NCBI GenBank assembly: GCA_963710845.1
Contig: CAVQBU010000019.1
Coordinates: forward strand, 196,241-260,240
Length of the DNA: 64,000 bases
Direction of reading: 5' to 3'
DNA from: an uncultured Acidobacteriota bacterium
GTDB lineage: Bacteria; Acidobacteriota; Terriglobia; Acidiferrales; UBA7541
The notes beneath the pieces were generated by a model. It did not search any database, was not told where the DNA came from, and saw only the letters and a list, made by a program, of their open reading frames with translations. This document shows, piece by piece, positions 1 to 8,051 of this stretch; positions within the stretch are counted from its first letter, which is position 1, and every line of letters begins with the position of its first letter. Position numbers and translations under genes: made by a program.

Positions 1-2
1 GC

Positions 3-320
3 AGCGCGTTTCAGTGCGTCGTCGAAAGCCGCGCTGCCGTGCTTCACGTGCTGGACAGCGGCCAACAGGATATCGCGCAGAAATTTTTCGCGGCGACAGA
101 GGAATCTCAAGGATTGTTGAACGGCGAGCCGTACGCGGAAGGAACGATAGGCGCGCCAGTATTGAAAAACCTGGGCGCCTACTTGGAATGTAAAGCTCTG
201 GAAATCCTTGAAAAACACGGTGACCACGCGATCGTGGTATTCGAGGTTCTGAACGCGGTGCTGCGCAGAGATGTCGTGCCGCTAACAGTTACTGGTTCTC
301 CCTGGCAATACGGGGGTTAG
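3..320 (+). CDS. flavin reductase-like domain protein, C-terminal part (5' end outside window)
   Basis: Frame is open from the window edge to the stop at 318-320. The tail ...GAPVLKNLGAYLECKALEILEKHGDHAIVVFEVLNAV... resembles C-termini of FMN-binding split-barrel flavin reductases. Confidence 0.45.
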   Translation, partial: SAFQCVVESRAAVLHVLDSGQQDIAQKFFAATEESQGLLNGEPYAEGTIGAPVLKNLGAYLECKALEILEKHGDHAIVVFEVLNAVLRRDVVPLTVTGSPWQYGG

Positions 321-1052
321 TTGACCTCGCGGGTTGCAAGTCGGGTGATAAGGCGCTGGCCTCGCCTCGCGCGACAGGCAGCGGCCTGGTCAGTTACCCA
401 AGATTGGAAGTTCGCGCCAGGAGGTTGCTATTCCGCGTGAAGAGTGAAGGTGACTTCGAGCTTCACGGTCTGGGATGGCAGTTCCGCATCGTAAATCGTG
501 AACGAGTTCCCGCCACGTGCGACGAAGCTCCATTACTTTATTTCGAATTCCTCGCGGATAGGGCTGGACATCCGAAGAGTTCCGGCGTTTCGGTGGACGA
601 ACCGCAGACGTTGCCGACGAAGAAGGTTTCGATGATATCGGCGCGACGTCAGGAGGGTACGCTTCAAGGGTGGCGCAGAGGTAACTGTTGAGGAATTGGC
701 GGAAGGGGACGCTGAAACATCGGCGTCGAGGCGAATCCGCTGAACGTCGCTAATTTTACGGAGGCAGCTTTACACCTCTTCGAGTTGTAGTGCTCGGAAT
801 CTGACAAAGCCCGCCACTGTTATCCGTCGGTTTCAGGCCGCCAACGGTCTGGGGTCGTAGTTGCGTATGTCAACATGCACGCGATCCCCGCGACCAGTAG
901 CAGCCAGGTGAAAGGCTCAGGCGTGTTCACCGGAGGAGGATCGGTGACCTGAAGCGTATCGCCCAGGGTCTCCCACAGACTGGTTGAACGCAATGCCCGC
1001 AGTCGTAACACGCACGCCACTCAGCACCCGCCGCTTCCGGCGCCGAAAATGG

Positions 1053-1265
1053 TTACGGCTCAGGTGCGGATTCGGATTCAGACGCGATCGGTAGTCCTGT
1101 TTTTTCTTCGACCAATTTTTGAGCCCGCTCCAGCAGCGACTGTAGTTCGTCCAAACGTGGTTGAGGTAACTCACGCAGACCTGAAGCAATTGCTCTAAGC
1201 TGGTCTAATCTAGCAATGAAGATAGGTATTAAAGAGAGCTCGGGTGCCGGTGCAGAAGTTGCCAT
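1053..1265 (-). CDS. small helical hypothetical protein (70 aa)
   Basis: ATG at 1265-1263 is preceded by AGGAG. Sequence is coiled-coil-like (LDQLRAIASGLRELPQPRLDELQSLLERAQKLVEE). No family recognised. Confidence 0.35.
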   Translation of the reverse strand: MATSAPAPELSLIPIFIARLDQLRAIASGLRELPQPRLDELQSLLERAQKLVEEKTGLPIASESESAPEP

Positions 1266-1421
1266 TCGGATCTCCTGAAGAATTAAGCCTGCCGTGTTCG
1301 CGAACGACAAAACAATGACACAGAATTATAACAAACTCGTGAAAGTACAAAAATAAACCATCTGTTTTTTAAGGGATCGATTCTGGACAGAGTTGCACCC
1401 GATCAGCGGGCCACTACCTGC

Positions 1422-2227
1422 TTACTTCGTTGCCCTCATCACCAGCCGAGCAATTGGGAGGAGAAAGTCTGGAGTGAGACGTCTTATTGCACGCCACTTA
1501 TCAATTTCGAAGAACTCCACAAAGTGATGCCAGTCCCGTGCATCTTCGCCGATTCGTCGAAACGCGGCGACATTCGACACTGGCGAAGTGATCTCTTGGA
1601 AATCCTTCCGATTCGAGCGAATGAAGGCCGCGGCCGTACGTGTCGAAGGCATCCACATATCGTCCAAGATGATGTAGCCTCCCATTGGGCACAATTCAGC
1701 TCAAAGCGCAAAATCCAGCAAGATGGCATCGAATACGTGACTCCCGTCGATGAAAATTACCTCGAACATCTCGCCACGGTCGGCGAAATTAATAAGGCTG
1801 ATGCGGACTTTTCTTCAATAAGGCGGAAGCAATGACTCATGTCGAGATTCTGTGATTGAAGCATTCCGATCCCGTGCCAATCACTCTGGAAGGGATCAAC
1901 CGCGGTATGATTGCCGACTCCGTTCTCACGAATCGCTGCCAGGAAATAAACCGTCGAGAAACCGTAGGCTAAGCCAATCTCAAGTATCGCTTTCGGCTTG
2001 GCTTCACGGCACAGACTGTACAACCACATGCCTTGTTCTGGGCTGATACGAGTGTTTTCTAACAAGCCATGCCGTTCGCCGTCAGACCCGAGCTGCGGCT
2101 CTCCCTTATACATTGAGCGCAGCACCGAGCGGAAGGGTCCTGGCAAGAGAGCGAGAATCTCATCGGGCGAATTGCGATCGACGGTCTGTTGGATCTTATT
2201 GAACATTCTCCTCCAATCGTGCCACAA
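1422..2227 (-). pseudogene. class I SAM-dependent O-methyltransferase, disrupted (one frameshift plus one in-frame TGA)
   Basis: Collinear minus-strand pieces. Piece 2227-1757 contains ..KPKAILEIGLAYGFSTVYFLAAI... A shifted frame near 1786-1797 then reads LINFADRGEMFEVIFIDGSHVFDAILLDFAL. An in-frame TGA lies at 1701-1703. The sequence continues AELCPMGGYIILDDMWMP.. to 1422. Confidence 0.6.
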
Positions 2228-2773
2228 CTGCGACCAATAAGTTCTGCGGCAGCTAATGCGCTATCCAAAATAGCTCGCGCGAGGGCACGCATGTACGCGT
2301 ACTGCCGCAAAATGAGTTCGAATCACCGCGCGCACTTATGCGCATATCCGTGACAAAATACGAGCGGGCATTCCGGACGCGACGTTTCTCGGCCAGATGT
2401 TGTGGCGCAACTCTGAGCCTTGGCACGCGAAGGAGATTTTTTTACTGGATTCCGAAAAGGAGTCAAAAGACCTTCCCCCAAACGCAGGACAAAAGCCGCC
2501 GGATGGCCGGGCGCCCGTTGAGTGAAACACCGAAGCAAATCTAGGGTCAGATGAAGGTATTCCCACGCGGTCATGGCGTCAAGGGGGTTCCGCGGCGGAA
2601 TCTTCAACGGGAATGTAGCTCACAGCAATCGGCCATGAGATTGCGATGTGAACGGCTCACGACTCGCGCAGCCGTCAAAGGATCGCCACCTCCTGCTCAC
2701 TCGCGTGAGAGTGGCCGTGTTATTGAGGGTTTTGAGCGTAATCGGAATTTTTCGCCAACTATTCTCTGAACGC

Positions 2774-4086
2774 CGTAAAGGTTTCAATGGAATGGGACGG
2801 CACAGTTGCGGAAAACGAGCCAGAGGAAACGGTTATTACTGTTTGCTCGGCTGAGATTTGCACTGCTAGACGTGAGATACGGAGTAACTTTTGAACCCAT
2901 CGTTGTCCCCACGGCGATCGTAACCGACACAGAGCTTCTGCCGTTGTTCACCGCCACGACAGTGCCGGAATTTCCAGCTGGGTTTGTGAACGCCGTGATG
3001 AGGAGAGACGTGGAGTTCGTGACAGACACCATGTGCCAGCCGGGTAAAACAAACCTGCTCCAATTGCCGATGGCGTAGGCCCGCTTGGCGATATTGTTGT
3101 TCTTATCCGTGAGCGCCTCATTGTCGTCAAAATCGCCATTGGCATCCAGTAGCCAGAATCCCCAGTAATTGACCTGCGCGTTGGTCAAATAGTAGTGAAT
3201 CTGCGATGCGTAGTTGAGGGCGCTCGTGATCGTCCCATCGTAAGGATTGGAATCCGAGACTTCGGTCTGCCACACGTGCTGCCCGGTATTATTCTTAAAG
3301 GTTAATGGACCGCTGGGCTGCGGGACTGCATACCCGTGAGAGGCGACGATGGCAACGTCCGCTGCGGTCGTGGCATCGTCCATGGGACCCGCAGCAATGT
3401 TAATTGTCCAAGGCGTGTCCTCAGCAACCATGATCTTTACGCTGGAATAGCCGGCCGTGTTGAGGGCTGAACGTAGGTAGGGAATATAGTCGTGCAGTTG
3501 CGTCGCTGGTCCACACGCAGCTCGGATAATGAGTGCTCACTTCCGGCTCGTTCTGCGGACTGATCGCGTAAATTGGAACGCTGTAAGTACCTTTCATTAA
3601 CGTCACAAAAGCGACCTGAATATTAGCCAGGTTATTGTAATTCGTGGAATTGCCAATCATATTACCGCCCGTCTGAAACGCTCCATTGTCCTTCATCGAG
3701 CCGGGAGGACTCAACTCACTTGCGAACACCCTCGCTCCCCTCGCCACTGCGGCTTGACCATGGAAAGGTCTGAACTGGCAATTAGTCGGTCCAGAAGACA
3801 CAGTGACGCAGCTTTCGTTGGGAACTGTTCCTTGATCTGTCTGGCAATCCGTCAGGTCGGGATATATCTGCATCTAGTACCATTGCAGGCCAATCCCGGA
3901 AGAGGTGTAGAAAAAATTCATTTGCGCGGGAGTTAGAGTGTGGAGCTGGCGAGCTCCCGCCGCACCGAAACCGTCAATTGTCTGCCGGGTGCTTGACCAA
4001 TTGACGGTTATTGTCTGGGGAGCGCAGGAAACAGTAGCACACGTTAAAAGGATAACCGGAAGCAAAAGGTATCGCCGCATCGTCAC
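2774..4086 (-). pseudogene. glycoside hydrolase family 30 paralog, decayed and 3'-truncated copy of the gene at 42658-44010
   Basis: Nucleotide-level alignment to 42688-44010 by eye. In-frame TAG at 3874-3876 (WY*MQIY versus WYRMQIY). One-base indels near 3508, 3757, 3783 and 2846-2855. Homology stops about 8 codons before the intact copy's stop. Confidence 0.85.
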
Positions 4087-4283
4087 CTAAGTGCCGCTGG
4101 CTGCCCGAAGGAATTGCGAGAAACGCGCAGCTTCATTCTAGTCACCGGCGGCAATCCTCACTGTAGTGATTCCCCCATCATTGGGGGTTCCCCTCGATTC
4201 ATTCTGTCCGCGCATGTCCCCGAAACCTACTGTAACCGTTCCACATGAGCCTTGCCAAAGAACTTCGCAGGAGCATTCTGACG
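2774..4283. repeat. segmental duplication, copy A (partner 42688-44206)
   Basis: Collinear high-identity match covers the GH30 body plus about 200 bp of its 5' flank. Boundaries were read directly from the sequence. Confidence 0.85.
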
Positions 4284-4435
4284 ATATCCCCAGGTCTTAC
4301 AGACTGCGCACTGCACCATCAACTTGCGCGTGCGGGGATCTCGCAGGAGCTATTCGGAATCATGCGCTTGTTTCTTCATGCTAGCTCGACAGACTAACCC
4401 GTGAGCAGCACGTCGTGCTATTGCCCGGTTAACGC
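4218..4435. repeat. 218-bp repeat module, copy A (partner 9884-10101; first ~66 bp also at 44141-44206)
   Basis: Same-length alignment with a constant offset of 5666 and scattered substitutions. The embedded small ORF (4227-4379, minus) carries TAG at 4350-4352 where copy B has TGG. Confidence 0.85.
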
Positions 4436-4903
4436 TGCCCGCTCAATCGGTCGGTGCAACGCCTTCCGGTGCGTTGATTCGACGTTGCTTCCGCGGGAGA
4501 TCCTTCCGTTCGGCAGTATTCCGTGAAGACCGAACGAAGGCAGCGTTCAGGCCGTTCTAACCCTAGCGAGCGATTTCAGCTTTTGTTTTCAATGCAAGAT
4601 GGATTCGAGATGAGTGTTGCGTCGACCCATTGAGACCACCGCATTTACCGGACAATCAAAATCTCACCTGTCGCCAGAACGTGGATCGAGGAATCGGGAA
4701 CCCCCGGTGAACCCGGTTCGGGTGCCCCGTCCTAGGAGTTTAGATCGTATTAGCCCGAGCTTGAACGGTACACGGGGAGACGAACGAGCATGGGCACATC
4801 CGTCTTCAGCTTGTTAGGTTGGCGGAGGGTGGGGATCGAAATTGCATCCCTCACTTCTAAGTCTCGCTAGTGGAAGGCGTTACCGACCGCCCTCCATTCC
4901 AAT

Positions 4904-4989
4904 TGTTAGAACTGTTAGAAGCGCGTTTAGGCTCACCTGCGTTCTCTCGATTTGCGCCCATTTGACCGTAGTCTTGCACCACTTGCACC
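4904..4989. repeat. two pairs of 8-bp direct repeats at 9-bp spacing upstream of the terminase-small-like gene
   Basis: TGTTAGAA c TGTTAGAA at 4904-4920 and CTTGCACC a CTTGCACC at 4973-4989. Confidence 0.6.
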
Positions 4990-5042
4990 CAAGTTCCAAT
5001 CACGCGAATGAACGGATCGCTTACCCGGTGTACAATCCGTCC

Positions 5043-5567
5043 GTGTCAGGCAAAAAGAGAAAATTCAAACGTCACCTCACGTCCCGACAGCGTGCCTTTA
5101 TCAGGCATCTCGCAGCTGGTAAGAGCCAGAAGAAAGCCGCCATAGCCGCTGGATATAGCCCCAAGAACCCCGACCAATCCGCAGCACAAGCCCTGAACGC
5201 CATTCGAAATACCCTGCCTGAAATACTCATCCGCTCTGGCCTGGACGACGACACGGTTATTAAGAATCATTTAGTTCCCCTCATGAACGCAGATCAAACC
5301 AAGTTTTTCTCTCTTCCTGTAGGCCGTGGAAAAACGCGCACGCTTCAGATTCACACGCGCACGACGGCGAATTGGAGCGCGCGCGCAACGGGCCTGGATA
5401 TATTCTGCAAGATCCGCGGCGCCTATGTGCGCGAGGCCGAGAACAAGGGGCCAGAGTTTTCGGTTGTGATTATCAACGGAGACAATCGGCCCGACTGGAC
5501 CGCGATGCGGCGCGCGCACCCCAAAATCGAAGTGCCGGGTCTGAACGCGCCTCCAAAAGAAGAATGA
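5043..5567 (+). CDS. terminase small subunit-like HTH protein (family assignment tentative)
   Basis: GTG at 5043 gives 174 aa. The N-terminal LTSRQRAFIRHLAAGKSQKKAAIAAGYSPKNPDQSAAQALN matches the HTH pattern I recall for phage small terminases. The upstream part of ORF 4842-5567 does not look coding. Confidence 0.5.
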   Translation: MSGKKRKFKRHLTSRQRAFIRHLAAGKSQKKAAIAAGYSPKNPDQSAAQALNAIRNTLPEILIRSGLDDDTVIKNHLVPLMNADQTKFFSLPVGRGKTRTLQIHTRTTANWSARATGLDIFCKIRGAYVREAENKGPEFSVVIINGDNRPDWTAMRRAHPKIEVPGLNAPPKEE

Positions 5568-5638
5568 AGTTCGGGGAATCCGACCGCGCGTCTCGCCCGC
5601 CAGTTTCGCCCTTACGGGTAAGGTGGATTTTCCTAGTT

Positions 5639-5661
5639 TCCGGTAACGCGACTTACCAGGA
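5639..5661 (+). repeat. 23-bp perfect direct repeat, left copy (TCCGGTAACGCGACTTACCAGGA)
   Basis: Identical to 7859-7881. Contains the hairpin GGTAA-cgcgac-TTACC. Flanks are weakly similar (tctagt upstream, TAGCCnAC downstream). Confidence 0.9.
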
Positions 5662-6156
5662 GCTAGCCGACGTGCTGGTCCGTATCACTGGTCCTTTCCG
5701 CAATCAACCTTGTGCGCGATACCGTTGAGGTTCCCAGCTAATTTGGACAGTAGTGATTGTAAATATTGGACACTGAACTTGGATGGGACTAGGTCCTGTC
5801 CTTCGGCCACACCAAAACTGCCCCTTCGGCCAGTTGTTCACAGGCAGACCGACTTGCTAACCTCGCAGTCTGTTATGAAACGCATGAATCAAGCCGAGCA
5901 GCTGCCCAAGTTCGAGAAAATGGAGGCTAAGAATGCCAAGCTCCGCAGCCTCTTACGCGTATTTCGTCCGCCCTCTGGAACGGTTTCCAAGATCTACGGG
6001 GCAATTGCGCTTTCTCTAAGAGTCGGCGCCCATGAACTTATCCGGTTGAGCAGAATGGCGCTGCATGTTTCTTGGTTGCTGATGTCCCGCAGGACGCTTT
6101 CGCCCTACTGAGGAGCAGTCATTCTGCTATCCATTTGGCTGGCCGGCGGGCATTTC

Positions 6157-7563
6157 GTGAGCAGAAATAATATGAAGTTGTCGAAGTCATTCTTGGTTGG
6201 CTTTATTTTACTGTTGCTCGATGCTCCGCTCAGCCAAGCACAGACAGCGACAGTGAACTGGACAGACGTTCACCAAGTGATTGACGGCTTCGGTGCCTCC
6301 GATTTATCGACAAATGCGGCTATGTCAGCGGGCGACCAGAATTTTTTCTTCGGAACCGGAGCAGGCCAGCTTGGCTTGTCTATTCTTCGGGTTGGCGTGA
6401 CGGATGGGTCCAGCGACGTGGGCAGCTGTCTTACTGTCAGCACAAGTTGCGCTGGAGTATATATCAGTGACATGCAAGCCGCCATTGCTAATGGGGGAAG
6501 GGTGTATGCTTCCCCTTTGTCACCCCCAGCGGCATACAAAACAAACTCTAATGCGAATTGCACGGCGGGTGCTGGGAATGGCGCACTAATTACATCTGAT
6601 TACGGTGCTTACGCGACTTGGCTAACCAATTACGTCAAAAGTCTTAAGACCGAGTACAATATAAATTTGTACGCATTGTCCATCCAGAATGAACCCAGCA
6701 ACTGCCAAAATTATGATAGTGCCGTCTGGCATGCATCAGATTTTGATACCTTCATCAAGACGAATTTAGGGCCTGCGTTTTCTTCAGCAAATTTGTCGAC
6801 GCTTATCTTCCTACCCGAGACGTCAAGTTATGGCAATGTATCTGGGCTGGGAGGAACGTGCATGACGGATTCTGGTTGCTCCCAGTACGTCGGAGGTGTG
6901 AACTGGCATGATTATGCCTATGGTTACAGCCCACCCGATACTGTGAATAGTACTCCCTACCCAGCTGGATGGCCTGCGAAGAAGTATTGGGAGACGGAGG
7001 TCTCGACTCTTACCACTTATGATGGCTCGATAAACAACGGACTCACTTGGGCGGCGTTGATTGACGACCGCCTTGGTGTGGAGAATGCAGGCGCATGGTT
7101 ATACTGGCAGATGGAAAACTGGTGCTGCGCCGGAGACAATTCAGGGTTGACGGAAGGGCCGGGAATCAGCACGGTTGCAAAGCGGGCCTACGTGCTCGCG
7201 CAGTATTCCAAGTTCGTGCGTCCTGGCTACTACCGGATAGATGCTACACACAAACCACAGACGGGAGTAAGCGTCTCGGCATATCAGCAGACTTCCAACA
7301 ATGCGCTGGTCATCATAGCCACGAACTATACGAGTTCCGAAGTCAGTCAGACTTTCGCGCTGACGAACGCTCCAACGATCACGACGCTGACACCTTACAT
7401 CACCTCGGCTTCTCAGAGTCTAGCGACATTGTCAAACGTCACCGTTTCCTCGAACTCCTTCACTTATTCGCTGCCAGCGCAGAGCATCACTACTTTCGTC
7501 GCGAACACGACTACTGCCGATGGTCCGACGCCTCCTACGGGATTAACGGCCTCAGTCAATTAA
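6157..7563 (+). CDS. secreted glycoside hydrolase family 30 protein
   Basis: Signal peptide present. Motifs TVNW..VIDGFGAS, SIQNEP (acid/base Glu) and YWETEVS (nucleophile Glu) are collinear with the paralog at 42658-44010. Confidence 0.8.
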   Translation: MSRNNMKLSKSFLVGFILLLLDAPLSQAQTATVNWTDVHQVIDGFGASDLSTNAAMSAGDQNFFFGTGAGQLGLSILRVGVTDGSSDVGSCLTVSTSCAGVYISDMQAAIANGGRVYASPLSPPAAYKTNSNANCTAGAGNGALITSDYGAYATWLTNYVKSLKTEYNINLYALSIQNEPSNCQNYDSAVWHASDFDTFIKTNLGPAFSSANLSTLIFLPETSSYGNVSGLGGTCMTDSGCSQYVGGVNWHDYAYGYSPPDTVNSTPYPAGWPAKKYWETEVSTLTTYDGSINNGLTWAALIDDRLGVENAGAWLYWQMENWCCAGDNSGLTEGPGISTVAKRAYVLAQYSKFVRPGYYRIDATHKPQTGVSVSAYQQTSNNALVIIATNYTSSEVSQTFALTNAPTITTLTPYITSASQSLATLSNVTVSSNSFTYSLPAQSITTFVANTTTADGPTPPTGLTASVN

Positions 7564-7604
7564 CGCCTTCTCACGAATCGAATGGCGCCTACCGGAAACT
7601 GACC

Positions 7605-7622
7605 GCCCGTTTCCAGACGGGC
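7605..7622 (+). terminator. possible hairpin terminator after GH30
   Basis: GCCCGT-ttccag-ACGGGC followed by tctcagtt. The U tract is weak. Confidence 0.3.
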
Positions 7623-7858
7623 TCTCAGTTGAAGAGCAGGCTGGTGGCCGACCCTTCCGCACCACCGGAACCGACGCCTTTCAACTTCCGGGTGGCGCAC
7701 TCTCGCCGCTGGCGAGGGTGCGGGCTTAGACGCTCGACCACCGATTCTTTCGTCGCCGCGTGCGATTCTTCATTCGGACCGGCCTGTCCCAAATGATCCA
7801 TCCAGCAGGGACGGTCGGACGCACAAGCCGGGCAGGCGAAGTTCTAGTACGGCAGATG

Positions 7859-7881
7859 TCCGGTAACGCGACTTACCAGGA
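7859..7881 (+). repeat. 23-bp perfect direct repeat, right copy
   Basis: Identical to 5639-5661 and in the same orientation. Confidence 0.9.
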
Positions 7882-8051
7882 CTTTAGCCAACCTACGACA
7901 CCGGGACCCCAGAGGCCCAAACGTAGCGCGCTTGGCGTACGACGTCGGTGAAGCGGCAAGGCAGGATGAAAAGTTCGCCAATACCCGTCAACCATATTGC
8001 GATGGCGAAGTGTTTAGCCTAGAATAATCCTACCCGCTCTGAAGGATCATC

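Noticed and set aside
330-700. Plus-strand ORF 404-691. A minus-strand reading ..MSSPIREEFEIK*WSFVARGGNSFTIYDAELPSQTVKLEVTFTLHAE hints at a broken gene.
   Set aside because: The plus ORF has implausible composition. The minus-strand remnant has an in-frame TAA and no recognisable family, so it cannot be supported as a feature.
820-1020. 66-aa minus-strand ORF ending ..VNTPEPFTWLLLVAGIACMLTY.., resembling a PEP-CTERM sorting signal.
   Set aside because: It has no N-terminal signal peptide or mature domain. The Arg-rich cluster after the helix is missing, and the ORF overlaps other frames. At most it is a remnant.
4596-4625. GGATTCGAG, and the similar GGACTCGAG at about 19490, resembling the conserved 5' GGATTCGAC of tmRNA.
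   Set aside because: There is no tag-like reading frame ending in hydrophobic residues plus a stop, and no tRNA-like 3' domain on the same strand. The resemblance is only about 8 nt.
4815-4852. Minus-strand sequence GGGATGCAATTTCGATCCCCACCCTCCGCCA resembling a tRNA/tmRNA 3' end (T-arm, acceptor, CCA). It could mark an att site.
   Set aside because: The stem GGGAT/ATCCC encloses a 9-nt loop instead of the canonical 7-nt TTCRANN loop. No matching 5' acceptor strand, D arm or anticodon arm is present, and no intact tRNA exists in the window to pair it with.
5710-6111. 133-aa ORF between the TerS-like gene and GH30, and ORF 7095-7796 overlapping the GH30 3' end.
   Set aside because: No RBS or family resemblance. 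The composition is atypical. 7095-7796 is an alternative frame of a supported gene.
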